A DNA stretch of 62,545 bases, filler included, from Globobulimina sp. (Eukaryota), in NCBI GenBank assembly GCA_003354225.1. It is 37 parts of 37 records of this genome, joined end to end, with 100 filler letters (N's around TTAATTAATTAA, not from the genome) between each part and the next. Parts side by side here need not be neighbours in the genome. Positions count along the whole stretch, not along the records: positions 35,570 to 37,162 come from PIVH01014393.1; positions 37,263 to 38,855 come from PIVH01014394.1; positions 38,956 to 40,548 come from PIVH01014395.1; positions 40,649 to 42,241 come from PIVH01014396.1; positions 42,342 to 43,933 come from PIVH01014397.1; positions 44,034 to 45,625 come from PIVH01014398.1; positions 45,726 to 47,317 come from PIVH01014399.1; 30 more parts are not named here. The stretch is one strand, 5' to 3'. Shown piece after piece: positions 35,742-46,300 of the stretch. Below the pieces are notes generated by a model that was not told the DNA's origin, made no database searches, and saw only the letters and a program-made list of their open reading frames with translations. Position 1 is the stretch's first letter, and every line of letters starts with the position of its first letter. Made by a program: the position numbers and the translations under genes.

Positions 35742-37162
35742 ATGGACGAGAAAGAAGTGAAACAAGAACAAGACATTGAAACAGAATCATCGGAAGAAAT
35801 TGAATTTTATTGGGATTTATTCAATATCGACTTATGTGATATCATTCGTACAGATTTAAAATCATTATTTACTCCACAAATCAATCAAGACGACGGCAAT
35901 AACAATGCGGACTCCATTTATCTCGATACAAAACAACAAGAAACCGCGGCACAAAAGAAACAAATCAACGAAAATGGACAAATTCTAATCTCAAATATCT
36001 ATGGCAAAATGTTCATTTTATATCCAGCACACAACACATTAATCGCTTTTGATTCAAACCGATTGACAGATTATTTAAATGAGACACAAACTGACCCAAA
36101 TAATAAGAACTTGATCCCAGAACGAGGTATATCGCCACCACAGAAATTATACCGTGTCTTCACAAACATCGTCGCCAATAAAATGGAACTCTCATTCAAC
36201 CAAAAACACATCGCATTGTGTTGCAACACATCATTTAAAGTGTATCACATTGCACAATTTTTCAACGAAAAGCATCCCGCTCCACAGTGGAAAATCGAGG
36301 AAAATGTTTTTCAATTTGATTGGAATGAAAACGCATTATTTCTAGTCATCGACAGCGGCAATAAACGCACATTGAAACATTACACTTTGCTCAATAATGG
36401 ATCTAAATTAATCGGTCCAATTCCCAACATCCCACATGACATAATCACAGAAATTAAAGTATTGTCCAAGGACATATTCGCGGTCTGCCTCGCCAATGGT
36501 TTCGTCATTATTTACAAATACAGCACAAGCGGCGAGTACCACGCCATCCACTCCATCAATATCAACAAACAACACTCCAAAGCCAGCCACAAAACCATTC
36601 CCTATTTGATCACTGATATGAAAGGCTGTAATTCCATTTGTGTCCATTACGGCATCCAATCGGCGCAAAGCGCTGACAAATACCTCCCTTATTTCTGCAT
36701 CTTCAAATACGATTCGTTGGACTTCAAAGCAGTGCGATGCGTCTTATGTGAGCACACCGGTTTGAATGAGATAAATCACGATTTCAAGGGCATCAAATCG
36801 CAGTACATCGGCGGCGAATTGGATTATTTGATATTTTGCTGCCAATATGATTATATGCTCAGTGTCTATGACGCGAACCGCAACGTGTTGGACACCAAAG
36901 GATTTGTGGTGAAGTACGACGAGGATCGAGACAATGGCAACGTGTGTGATGTCGGCGTTGATTATGTGAATACCGTCGCATGTATGGATCTGGAGACTGA
37001 CCAAAATACGTTGCCGCCCGTACCCATTGTATATATTCTAACCAATAAACTGAACATTGGCTGCTTTAACATCATACCTTATGACAATAATTACAACGAC
37101 AAGCAGTTATTAGCCACTATGCGTACCTCCATGCATAGTTTGCCGCCGATTCCCATACCGAT
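35742..37162 (+). CDS. NUP214: Nup214/Nup159-like N-terminal beta-propeller (partial)
   Basis: ILISNIYGKMFI, GVDYVN and LPPVPIVYILTN..IGCFNI resemble remembered Nup214 motifs (AVSNKYGL, LPPAPVLMLLST). Confidence 0.65.
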
Positions 37163-37262
37163 NNNNNNNNNNNNNNNNNNNNNNNNNNNNNNNNNNNNNN
37201 NNNNNNTTAATTAATTAANNNNNNNNNNNNNNNNNNNNNNNNNNNNNNNNNNNNNNNNNNNN

Positions 37263-38209
37263 CAGTTCCATACCAATTGAACAATCTGTTTCATTCCGCT
37301 TGATTGCGACCGCCTTGATGTCTGACCAACGTTTACCTGCTTTCGTTAGTGGTTCCTCTTCAACAGTTTCTTTATTCTCATCAACGTGGTTATTCTCACT
37401 GCCAATCGCATCAAAAACAGTACGCGACATAGCTATGGAATCATTAATCGATGACAGAAAAGCATCAATGTCATCACTCCTTTGATCTACGCAACAAATT
37501 ATATTATGGTTCATTTTCTGAAATTTCCGCATATAAAATTTCTCTTTTTTTGTTGGCGATTTTGGCTCTATGGTTTCTTGCATTTTTCTGTATTCTTTCA
37601 AACAAATATACGATCGCCATGTTTTTTGTATGAGTAAATAACATCTTTGCGTCCAATCTGTAGAAAAAAAACATGAATCAGCAAATATATACCCAATGAT
37701 CTGACGAACTGTTAACTTACATTCCGCACCATCACAAATAATCATTTTTTCATAATCTTTGCTTCTGCATAGTGGACAGCATAGAATTTGGGAATGTCGC
37801 TCAAATGATAATAAACATTGATGATGGAAACTATGCGAACAACTCAGGATTACTTGTTTTTTCTTTTTAAAATCTTCGCAGCAGATAGAACATCCATATT
37901 CAACATCGTTTCTTGCAATGGATTGTTGATGCGTTATTTCCCATTCATTGCAAGTTAATGGCGATGGTGGTCGAGCTTCTATACCCATTTGTTGTGCGAG
38001 CGTCAAATGTTTCCGCGGATTTGCATGGATATCTGAGGAGGATCAAACATTTACGTTTAAATTATTAATTAGTTAAAATATAATTAACTTCTTTTCTTTT
38101 TGGTAATTTTCAAATCTCTAAGGATTTTATCTTGAAATGCTGCACATAGTAAAGCCTCGGAGTTTGTTGATAACTTTGACTTTTGTGTTTTCTTCTTGCT
38201 ACGGTTCAT
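37263..38209 (-). CDS. RNF32: RING finger protein 32-like (RING-IQ-RING), introns, partial
   Basis: AAFQDKIL, LTLAQQMG..PPSPLT..EW, a RING-H2, IQKTWRSY and the start of a second RING. Confidence 0.82.
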
Positions 38210-38441
38210 ACTAATTATAGTTTAATTGAAAGGTTTTGATAATTCCAATTCCGTATTACTAATAAATCGGAATAATACGGCGATTTCTTTCTGGTTAGGT
38301 GAGATTCGATAAAATTGTATGTATGGAAGGTAAGGAATACTAAAAATAAATTAAATAATATAAATAAACTGTGTACGGCCAGAGAATTATTGTGTTAAGC
38401 ACAACAAAAAACCTTTTTTTTTCATCAACAACCAAAAAAAG

Positions 38442-38855
38442 ATGACAACACATTTTTCTTCCGTGTCTCGTCCAGAGACACAAACAAATAATAACACTAC
38501 TTTGCAATTGGATATTGCAAATAATTACGACAACGATAACGCCAATGAAACCAAACAAGATAATAAAAAAAAAGATGACGGTGAATTTGAAACAAATTGG
38601 GACGGTATAGTTGAATCATTCGAACACATGAAATTAAATGAAAGTTTATTAAAGGGCATTTATAGTTATGGCTGGGAAAAACCATCAGCAATTCAGCAAC
38701 GAGCAATAATCCCCGTCATACAAAAACATGACACAATTGCGCAAGCTCAAAGTGGTACAGGTATAAATAACATAAATATAAAAAAAATGCAATGATGCGA
38801 TTTTGCGTATAACTAATAAATACACAGGTAAAACCGGCACATTTTCCATTGCCGC
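38442..38855 (+). CDS. EIF4A: eIF4A DEAD-box helicase N-terminus, intron 38761-38827
   Basis: [21 protein letters not shown]...[19 protein letters not shown]. Confidence 0.92.
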
Positions 38856-39000
38856 NNNNNNNNNNNNNNNNNNNNNNNNNNNNNNNNNNNNNNNNNNNNT
38901 TAATTAATTAANNNNNNNNNNNNNNNNNNNNNNNNNNNNNNNNNNNNNNNNNNNNAACAAGAAACGTGGTAATTGAACATGTAAAACTGTTGAAAAAGCA

Positions 39001-40311
39001 TTGGATATGTATGATAAAATCACAGACGCACCAAACTATGAAACCATTGATAATATATTACAATTATTCTTTAATTACGGTCATCCAAATCAATATGTTT
39101 CTGTCTGGAATGATATTGAAAGTATACAATCAACAGACCACAAACAGAATGGATTAATGTCCTTTCCCTTGTTATTAAAATGTTGCATTAAATCTCCAAA
39201 AATTAACACAAAGGATTGTATTCAAATTTTAACATGGATGGAACACTCAAACTTTACATTAACAATTAAGGAAAAGTACATCAGCAAATTAATAATTCAT
39301 TGCGGCAAACAATATGATATAGAATCATTGGATTTTATTTACAAACTATTTAATGATGCAGTTATTGATTGCAATCCGGTATTTATCAAAACAACGTTCA
39401 TCACTGCTTATTCAATTTGTAATTATTTATCTAAATCGGTTGATATTTTCACTGGAATCCATGATGATGATTTAAATATGATTTGTGTCGGAACTATGAT
39501 GAAAATGTACATAAATCATGAATATTATGCAGACGCATTGCAATTATATGATCGGATCCCTTCCATCCAAAACGAAAATATCCAACAAAATGATTATTGC
39601 GATTCTATGGCTTTACAAGTTTGTGTCAAGTCTGATAATATGGAGAAAGGTAAGTTAATCCATGCAAAGGTGAATAAGCAGTTACATGATAAAGGAAAAT
39701 CTGAATTGGAAATGAATGAGCATGTTAAACACGCATTGATTGCTTTATACGCACATTTTGGTGACATAAAAGAAGCAGAAACATTGTTTAATGCGATGAG
39801 GAATAATCATTGTAACTGCATTGCTTTGAATCATATGATGAATGGATATATAAACAAGAATGATAATGAATATGCATTGGATTTATATAAATATGCATTG
39901 GAAAAGAATGAGTTATCAAATTTTTTGGCGATTACAGCTTGTTCTAATACAAAGAATTATATTTTGGGGAAAAGGATTTATTCCGACATTAAGATTAAAA
40001 ATTATCAAATTAAACTGAAACAACTGCTGATTGGTTTTTTTGCGGAGTGTGCAGAGATAAAACTTGCTGAACATGTGTTTCATTCGATTAATGCCAAAAG
40101 AATGGATATCATAACGATTAGTATCATGATGAGAATGTATATTGATAATGGACAGGATCTCGATGCAGTGGAGTTGTATGATAGTTTTATTAAAGATCAT
40201 AAAAATAAATCTATCGAATCTGCAGAAAATAGCATTTGTGATGCCATGGCAGTTAAAGCATGTATAAATGTTGCGAATTATGAAAAAAATAATGAAGCAA
40301 TTAAAACGTGA
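39001..40311 (+). CDS. Pentatricopeptide-repeat protein
   Basis: Repeats such as ALIALYAHFGDIKEAETLFNAM, NHMMNGYI..ALDLY and AITACSN...GKRIY. Confidence 0.85.
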   Translation: MDMYDKITDAPNYETIDNILQLFFNYGHPNQYVSVWNDIESIQSTDHKQNGLMSFPLLLKCCIKSPKINTKDCIQILTWMEHSNFTLTIKEKYISKLIIHCGKQYDIESLDFIYKLFNDAVIDCNPVFIKTTFITAYSICNYLSKSVDIFTGIHDDDLNMICVGTMMKMYINHEYYADALQLYDRIPSIQNENIQQNDYCDSMALQVCVKSDNMEKGKLIHAKVNKQLHDKGKSELEMNEHVKHALIALYAHFGDIKEAETLFNAMRNNHCNCIALNHMMNGYINKNDNEYALDLYKYALEKNELSNFLAITACSNTKNYILGKRIYSDIKIKNYQIKLKQLLIGFFAECAEIKLAEHVFHSINAKRMDIITISIMMRMYIDNGQDLDAVELYDSFIKDHKNKSIESAENSICDAMAVKACINVANYEKNNEAIKT

Positions 40312-40650
40312 AACGACCTTTAGTCTGGGTAATAATCCTATTCATAATCCTAATCATAATCGCAAGTCTTGCTCTGTACTAATACTCTGCGGTAATCTCA
40401 GTTAACATTTTGAATATAAAATGTTTCGGCGGCCAGAAATTTTTTCTGTGAAAACCTTTCAAGAGTAAGTATAAGTATAAGTGTGATGATTCAATAATTT
40501 ACAAGCATATAGCCACGAAAAGAAAAGAAGCTTAAATATCTATCTCGTNNNNNNNNNNNNNNNNNNNNNNNNNNNNNNNNNNNNNNNNNNNNTTAATTAA
40601 TTAANNNNNNNNNNNNNNNNNNNNNNNNNNNNNNNNNNNNNNNNNNNNTT

Positions 40651-41331
40651 CTTGAAAGAGAAGTAGATATTAAAATTTCAGGAGTGCCACAAAATAAAAG
40701 TGATAAAATTGCAAAAATTTGTTATAAAATGATGCAAGATATGTATAGTAAACATTATTCTGAATTATTAAATATTTTTTATGGAATACAAGTTTCCAAA
40801 ATAACAAATACTTCAAGAGAAGTAAGAGCCATAACAGCAGAACCTTTTAGTCTATTAAATTTACCAATACCAAATAATCAAGAAATAAAAAATCCATCAA
40901 TTTATGATTGTTTTGATTTATATTGCAAAGAAGAATTATTAGAGGGAGATAATGCTTGGTATAATGAAGAATTAAAAATAAAAGAAGATATATTGAAAGG
41001 ATTATGTTTTTGGACGTTACCAGATATTTTAATTATGGATCTTAAAAGATTTACATTTAATAATAAAAAAATCCATACTATAGTATCAATTGACGTAGAT
41101 AAAGTTGATTTATCAAAATATGTAATTGGTTATAATAAAGATAAATGTTTGTATCAAGTTTATGCAATTTGCAATCACGAAGGTAGTTGTTTGGGTGGTC
41201 ATTATTATGCTTACATAAGGACAGCAAATAATAAATGGTATAAGTTTAACGATACAGAAGTAAGAGAGATTCCCGAAAAACAATTAATTTCAGATAAATG
41301 TTATTGTTTTTTCCTTAGAAAAATAAAATAG
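40651..41331 (+). CDS. Ubiquitin-specific protease (C19), C-terminal part, probably giant-virus
   Basis: LPDILIMDLKRF and His box CNHEGSCLGGHYYAY..WYKFND. Intronless and very AT-rich. Confidence 0.9.
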   Translation, partial: LEREVDIKISGVPQNKSDKIAKICYKMMQDMYSKHYSELLNIFYGIQVSKITNTSREVRAITAEPFSLLNLPIPNNQEIKNPSIYDCFDLYCKEELLEGDNAWYNEELKIKEDILKGLCFWTLPDILIMDLKRFTFNNKKIHTIVSIDVDKVDLSKYVIGYNKDKCLYQVYAICNHEGSCLGGHYYAYIRTANNKWYKFNDTEVREIPEKQLISDKCYCFFLRKIK

Positions 41332-41344
41332 ATAATAATATATA

Positions 41345-42229
41345 ATGGATCTTGCATTTAATTCTGTAACAGGATTACCAAATAACCCTTTAGATTCTAT
41401 AACTAATACAAATGTTAATCCAATTTTTTTATTTATTTTAGTAGGAATTTTAATAATATTTTACGTTATTTTTTCAGTGGTTGGAAATCAATCTAATCAA
41501 TCTAATGTAAATATAGATCAAAATGGAAATAATGGTAAAAATGGTGGGATAGTATTCCTTGAAATTTTATTATGGTCTTTATTTATTATTCTTGTTTTAT
41601 TAAATGGAATTGCCTATTTTTTTAATTTAGATATTATTACAAGTTTAAAAGATATTTTTTCACCTGAACCAAAATTACAAATAAGGGCTGAAAATTATTT
41701 AGGAAAAAATAAAAAAGAAGAAAAAGATAATCAAACTAAACCCATTGTACCTGAAAAATTAACTGATCAAGTTTTTAATATTCCAGATAATGTATATACC
41801 TATCCCCAGGCTAAAGCTTTATGTAAAGCATTTAATGCAGATTTGGCTACATATTCTCAAATAGAACAAGCTTACAATAATGGAGCTGATTGGTGTAATT
41901 ATGGTTGGTCTGCTGATCAATTAGCTTTATTCCCTACAAATATGGAAACATGGAAAAAATTAAGAAAAATAAAAGGGCATGAAAATGATTGTGGTAGAGC
42001 AGGTGTAAATGGAGGTTTTATAGATAATCCAAATGTAAGATTTGGCGTTAATTGTTATGGTAAAAAACCATCAATAACAGGAGCTGAACAATTACTAATG
42101 AACAATAGTTCTCCTTTTCCTCAAACTGTTGAAGAATTAGAACAACAAAAGAAGGTAGATAAATTTAAAAATAAAATTAATAACATATTAGTTTCGCCTT
42201 TTAATCACAATAGTTGGAGTCAAGCTTAA
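41345..42229 (+). CDS. Membrane protein with Link (Xlink) domain, probably giant-virus
   Basis: Two TM segments, then YTYPQAKALCKAFNADLATYSQIEQAYNNGADWCNYGW...CGRAGV...FGVNCYG. Confidence 0.88.
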   Translation: MDLAFNSVTGLPNNPLDSITNTNVNPIFLFILVGILIIFYVIFSVVGNQSNQSNVNIDQNGNNGKNGGIVFLEILLWSLFIILVLLNGIAYFFNLDIITSLKDIFSPEPKLQIRAENYLGKNKKEEKDNQTKPIVPEKLTDQVFNIPDNVYTYPQAKALCKAFNADLATYSQIEQAYNNGADWCNYGWSADQLALFPTNMETWKKLRKIKGHENDCGRAGVNGGFIDNPNVRFGVNCYGKKPSITGAEQLLMNNSSPFPQTVEELEQQKKVDKFKNKINNILVSPFNHNSWSQA

Positions 42230-42343
42230 ATATCTAATTAANNNNNNNNNNNNNNNNNNNNNNNNNNNNNNNNNNNNNNNNNNNNTTAATTAATTAANNN
42301 NNNNNNNNNNNNNNNNNNNNNNNNNNNNNNNNNNNNNNNNNGA

Positions 42344-43192
42344 CTGGAATATAAATTCCCTGATGTTAACCCTCGTGATTTGGCTAACATGGTTTATTGG
42401 CAACAACCCCCGAACGTACGAAAATTATGGGAAGTGATTTGTCTAACAGTTTTCGTACCCAATTTACCAAAAAGTACCGAATTTGGCTCCATGGATCAAC
42501 TCTATGACAATTCCCGAAAAGCAGTTGGCACTCTTGCCAGAGGGATAATGGTCTTACGGTCCATGCGTCGACACGCTGAGATCGACCCTCGTACAGACTT
42601 CTTCAAAGTGGACGCTAGACCTTTGTCTGAATTAGAAAAAGAATTTTATCATGACCAAGTTGTCCGTCCAGAAAAGGCTAAAGAATATCGCATTCAACTA
42701 TACGACATTCAAGAGAAAAATGTCATGATGTGCAAACCAATCAGACGTTTATTCGGATGGGACATTTCTGGAGATCCATTGATGGCGGGAAAAATTGGAT
42801 TACGCGACCTCAAAGGTGAAATCGCCCCATCAGAATTCGACGATGCCAGAATGCCTAAGGAACAACAAATTGCTGACATGAAACGATATGAAGATTTCCG
42901 GTATTCGTGCGATTATTCACTTTTGGAATTGTTCAAATATTACTCATTGTACAAACGAGCAGAAGCATACTACTCCACCGTCAGCAAAGTAGAATGGCTT
43001 CGAGTAAAACGCGACGAACATGTCATGGACATCAGAGGTTGTTTCTCCACATTCACTGGTCTTCTTTTGGATTCATACGAACGTGCTGATCGAGAAGGAC
43101 GAAAACTCGCCCACGAAGTAGCAAATCAACGTCAACGACAATTGGGTCGACCCCCCACTCCGAAACCTGGTCCAGCAGGAGCCGGCCTCTAA
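42344..43192 (+). CDS. Unknown ORF at the 3' end of an LTR element (5' partial)
   Basis: Open from the contig edge; stop codon 2 nt before the PPT. Confidence 0.7.
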   Translation: MEYKFPDVNPRDLANMVYWQQPPNVRKLWEVICLTVFVPNLPKSTEFGSMDQLYDNSRKAVGTLARGIMVLRSMRRHAEIDPRTDFFKVDARPLSELEKEFYHDQVVRPEKAKEYRIQLYDIQEKNVMMCKPIRRLFGWDISGDPLMAGKIGLRDLKGEIAPSEFDDARMPKEQQIADMKRYEDFRYSCDYSLLELFKYYSLYKRAEAYYSTVSKVEWLRVKRDEHVMDIRGCFSTFTGLLLDSYERADREGRKLAHEVANQRQRQLGRPPTPKPGPAGAGL

Positions 43193-43194
43193 TC

Positions 43195-43823
43195 AAAAAG
43201 GGGGAGATGTCAAATAACCATTTTACTAATGTTCCCTATTTGCAGCTGTTTATATCCCTCACTTGATCCACAAGCTTTAATCATTGGCAAGCATTCCCTT
43301 TTGTATCTCTTTTGGCTGTGGACAAGAATTACTGGTCAACCAAAGCATTAACTCTTTGATCAATTAATGATCTGTATTGATTCTGTTATTTCATAATAAA
43401 TATGTGTTTTGAATTCGCGCCTTGTGCAATAAACCGCATAAATTGTCGCATTGCCTCTGGCCTCGTTTATTTAAATGACGACGCCAGAGGGCACGCTGCT
43501 AATCTGCGCGACTACAAAGTCAGTTTTGTTTTCTCTTCACGTTATAAAGTAGTCTGTTTTTATTCAATAAAGTTATCAAAAGTTGTTTATTCTTATCAAA
43601 ATACTATTATATATTGTAAATCAAGTGTGGATCATTTCTGCACATATCTAACCATCGAACATTCACCATTATTGTATTGAAAACCACCTTGGAATTGGCT
43701 AAAAGAAGAAATGTTATTTATCAAGAACATTTTGTGCTGTGTATTTGCATATTGTGTTGTTGTCTGGCTACATTAACTCTTATCGGAGAATCGTACCTGG
43801 ACAATTGGAGGTTCAGAACCGAG
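43195..43823 (+). mobile_element. LTR retrotransposon: PPT (43195-43207), LTR (43208-43803), tRNA-Gln-like PBS (43806-43823)
   Basis: AAAAAGGGGGAGA|TGTC...GACA|AT|TGGAGGTTCAGAACCGAG, with AATAAA signals inside the LTR. Confidence 0.75.
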
Positions 43824-44049
43824 TATTGACATTCAAAGGATCAAAAGATTCGTTTTTTTTATTATTTTTATTTTATTAATTCTGTTTGGCCGAGTCGTCC
43901 AACTTTAAAAAAGGGGGAAGACACTCAAGCTTGNNNNNNNNNNNNNNNNNNNNNNNNNNNNNNNNNNNNNNNNNNNNTTAATTAATTAANNNNNNNNNNN
44001 NNNNNNNNNNNNNNNNNNNNNNNNNNNNNNNNNCCTAAAATTAAAATAT

Positions 44050-44439
44050 TCATGTTAGTTGGTTTTGGGTCAATGTCTTTTCGATCGATTGCCAAAGGTT
44101 TTGTGCAGTATTTTCCCACGAAAACAACTGGCGTCTATTTCGGCCTTTTTCAATCAAGCCATCCCTTAACTTCTCATCAAAGGTAATTTTTTTCAATGCC
44201 CCTGCAATTTCTTCAGTATTGAGCGGGTTAACCAGCAATGCAGCATCGCCGGCTACTTCGGGCATGGATGTGACATTGGAAGTAATAACAGGTGTTTCAG
44301 CAAAAAACGCCTCGACAATCGGAATGCCAAATCCTTCGAAGTAGGAAACGTAGGTTATCGCCAGTGCGGAGCCTATTACCTGATACAGTTCTTCCATTTC
44401 AAGACGCCCGGTAAAAACTACCTCATCTTTGAATTTCAT
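44050..44439 (-). CDS. Bacterial-type GT4 glycosyltransferase, C-terminal fragment
   Basis: SYFEGFGIPIVEAF..TPVITSNVTSMPEVAGDAALLVNP...FSWE. Confidence 0.88.
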   Translation of the reverse strand: MKFKDEVVFTGRLEMEELYQVIGSALAITYVSYFEGFGIPIVEAFFAETPVITSNVTSMPEVAGDAALLVNPLNTEEIAGALKKITFDEKLRDGLIEKGRNRRQLFSWENTAQNLWQSIEKTLTQNQLT

Positions 44440-44892
44440 ATTAGGTCGAATATATCCAAAAAGTTTTTGTCCTGTTTCGGTGTTGTAGGTGAAAACATAA
44501 GATAAATCAAGCATGGGGTTAATACCATATCTTATGTTGTTTCTACCAAGATCTGTACCACAAGTACCCATAGATTCGTTGTTTGGAATAAGAACAATCT
44601 AAAATTATAATTTAATATTAAAAAAAATTTATTACTAAAATATTTTACGTTTCCATTTTGGGTTATTGTAGTGTTTTTTGGTGTTTCGATATCGTCAGTT
44701 ACAATAGGATCAAAGGCTTCTACATCTTCTAATGATCCTTTCTTTACTTCTTCATAAACGACATTCTTCATTTCAGATTCTTTACTATGTTTCTAAAAAG
44801 ATATTTTGGTAACTAAATGTTAAATAACTTGATTTATTCGGTTAAATTTTATATGGAAGGTATGTTCTTTAGAGTGATCGATTATAGTAACC

Positions 44893-45336
44893 CTTTATAC
44901 GTAACCTATAGTCTTAGGTTACGTATAAAGACGAACCTAAGACTTTAGGTTAACAGTTAAATGGTGTACTGAATGTATGATGAATTCAGTACACCATTTA
45001 TACAGTGATTAATATAATGTTTAGAACCGGTAAAGTCAACGATTAATATGTGCAATTCAACAACTACAGCCCCCTCACAAATTGCTCGACCAAGGAGCAA
45101 AACTTGGGTAAGTAACAAAACGACCCCCAGGTAGACAAATGTGGCCGTCAAACCAACGGACAAATGTGCGCAATTTTAAACTCGACACGTGGTAAACACA
45201 TGGTCTTCGGTTGACGACAGAGACCAACAGTACCTTTTAACTGTAGAGATCGCTTCGACGAAGCCTGGTAGAACTTTTGACATTGATCAAGCACTTTGTG
45301 AGTGGGACTGTATAAATGGTGTACTGAATTCATCAT
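44893..45336. repeat. Cluster of hairpins and a 30-bp perfect inverted repeat
   Basis: Hairpins at 44893-44930 and 44958-45000; inverted repeat 44977-45006 / 45307-45336. Confidence 0.88.
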
Positions 45337-45823
45337 TAATAACTTTCACAACGATACTTTCTGTGTAAAAGTTAAGTTATTACTAAATACTAAGTATATG
45401 GTTAGGAACTAAACATGCGCGGATTGTGAGGCTAATCCCATCGGGTTTGTGAGTCTAAGCATGCAGGAGAAACTGTTTCAGCTTACGAAAACTAAGCCTA
45501 GTGTTCCATATAACCGGTTTCTATTTCCACGGTGTCCCAGTAAGCCCCATGTTAACTCGGAATGGAACGATAGAAATTGTTGAAATCGGAAATGTTCAAG
45601 GAACATAACCCGGAAATGGGAATCGNNNNNNNNNNNNNNNNNNNNNNNNNNNNNNNNNNNNNNNNNNNNTTAATTAATTAANNNNNNNNNNNNNNNNNNN
45701 NNNNNNNNNNNNNNNNNNNNNNNNNTGATCATTTTTTATTTGTTCTCAAAACAAATTCCGCGCACCGTTCTAACATATCTATCCTTTTTGAATCACTTAA
45801 TAAGTCAGTATATTCTTGCTGTG

Positions 45824-46300
45824 TTAATTTAAAACTCTCTTTAGGTCCAATGTTGACAATAGAATATGATGTTTGATTCGTTTTGCTTGTCTTGAATAAT
45901 GAGTAAGTGCTCCATTTTGTTGTTCTGAAGCCATACATCTTGAATCATTTCCAGCACACTGAGCTGTGTTAAACTCAATTTTATTCGTACAAATACAATA
46001 AATTATATCAGTGATTCTTTTCTCTTCTTTATCATTACCAACTTGTCCTCCATCATGAAAATCATTCTCATACTGTTTAAATTCAACATTGATATATTTT
46101 GATCGTAATTCCATTAAATCATTCAAAATAGAATCAATTTCAGCAAATAATTCAGTGACAATATGAATTTTATCACTATCAAATGATTGCAAAGCTGAAT
46201 ATATTTTGTCATATTTGACAGGTCTCATAAAACGGTCAATTTTTGCAAAATCTATATATAAATTTTGCGATAAATAGAGAAAGAGGTAAAGCATTAACAA
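45824..46300 (-). CDS. Hypothetical protein fragment
   Basis: ORF diverging from the palindrome at 46245-46268. Confidence 0.4.
   Translation of the reverse strand: MLMLYLFLYLSQNLYIDFAKIDRFMRPVKYDKIYSALQSFDSDKIHIVTELFAEIDSILNDLMELRSKYINVEFKQYENDFHDGGQVGNDKEEKRITDIIYCICTNKIEFNTAQCAGNDSRCMASEQQNGALTHYSRQAKRIKHHILLSTLDLKRVLN

Noticed and set aside
44050-44571. Novel N-terminal domain fused to a GT4 glycosyltransferase
   Set aside because: Composition changes abruptly at ~44440 and the GT4 N-domain is missing, which points to a chimera.
46243-46300. Head-to-head overlapping genes sharing QNLYI.FA
   Set aside because: The shared peptide comes from a 24-bp palindrome (46245-46268), which looks like an inversion or template-switch junction.
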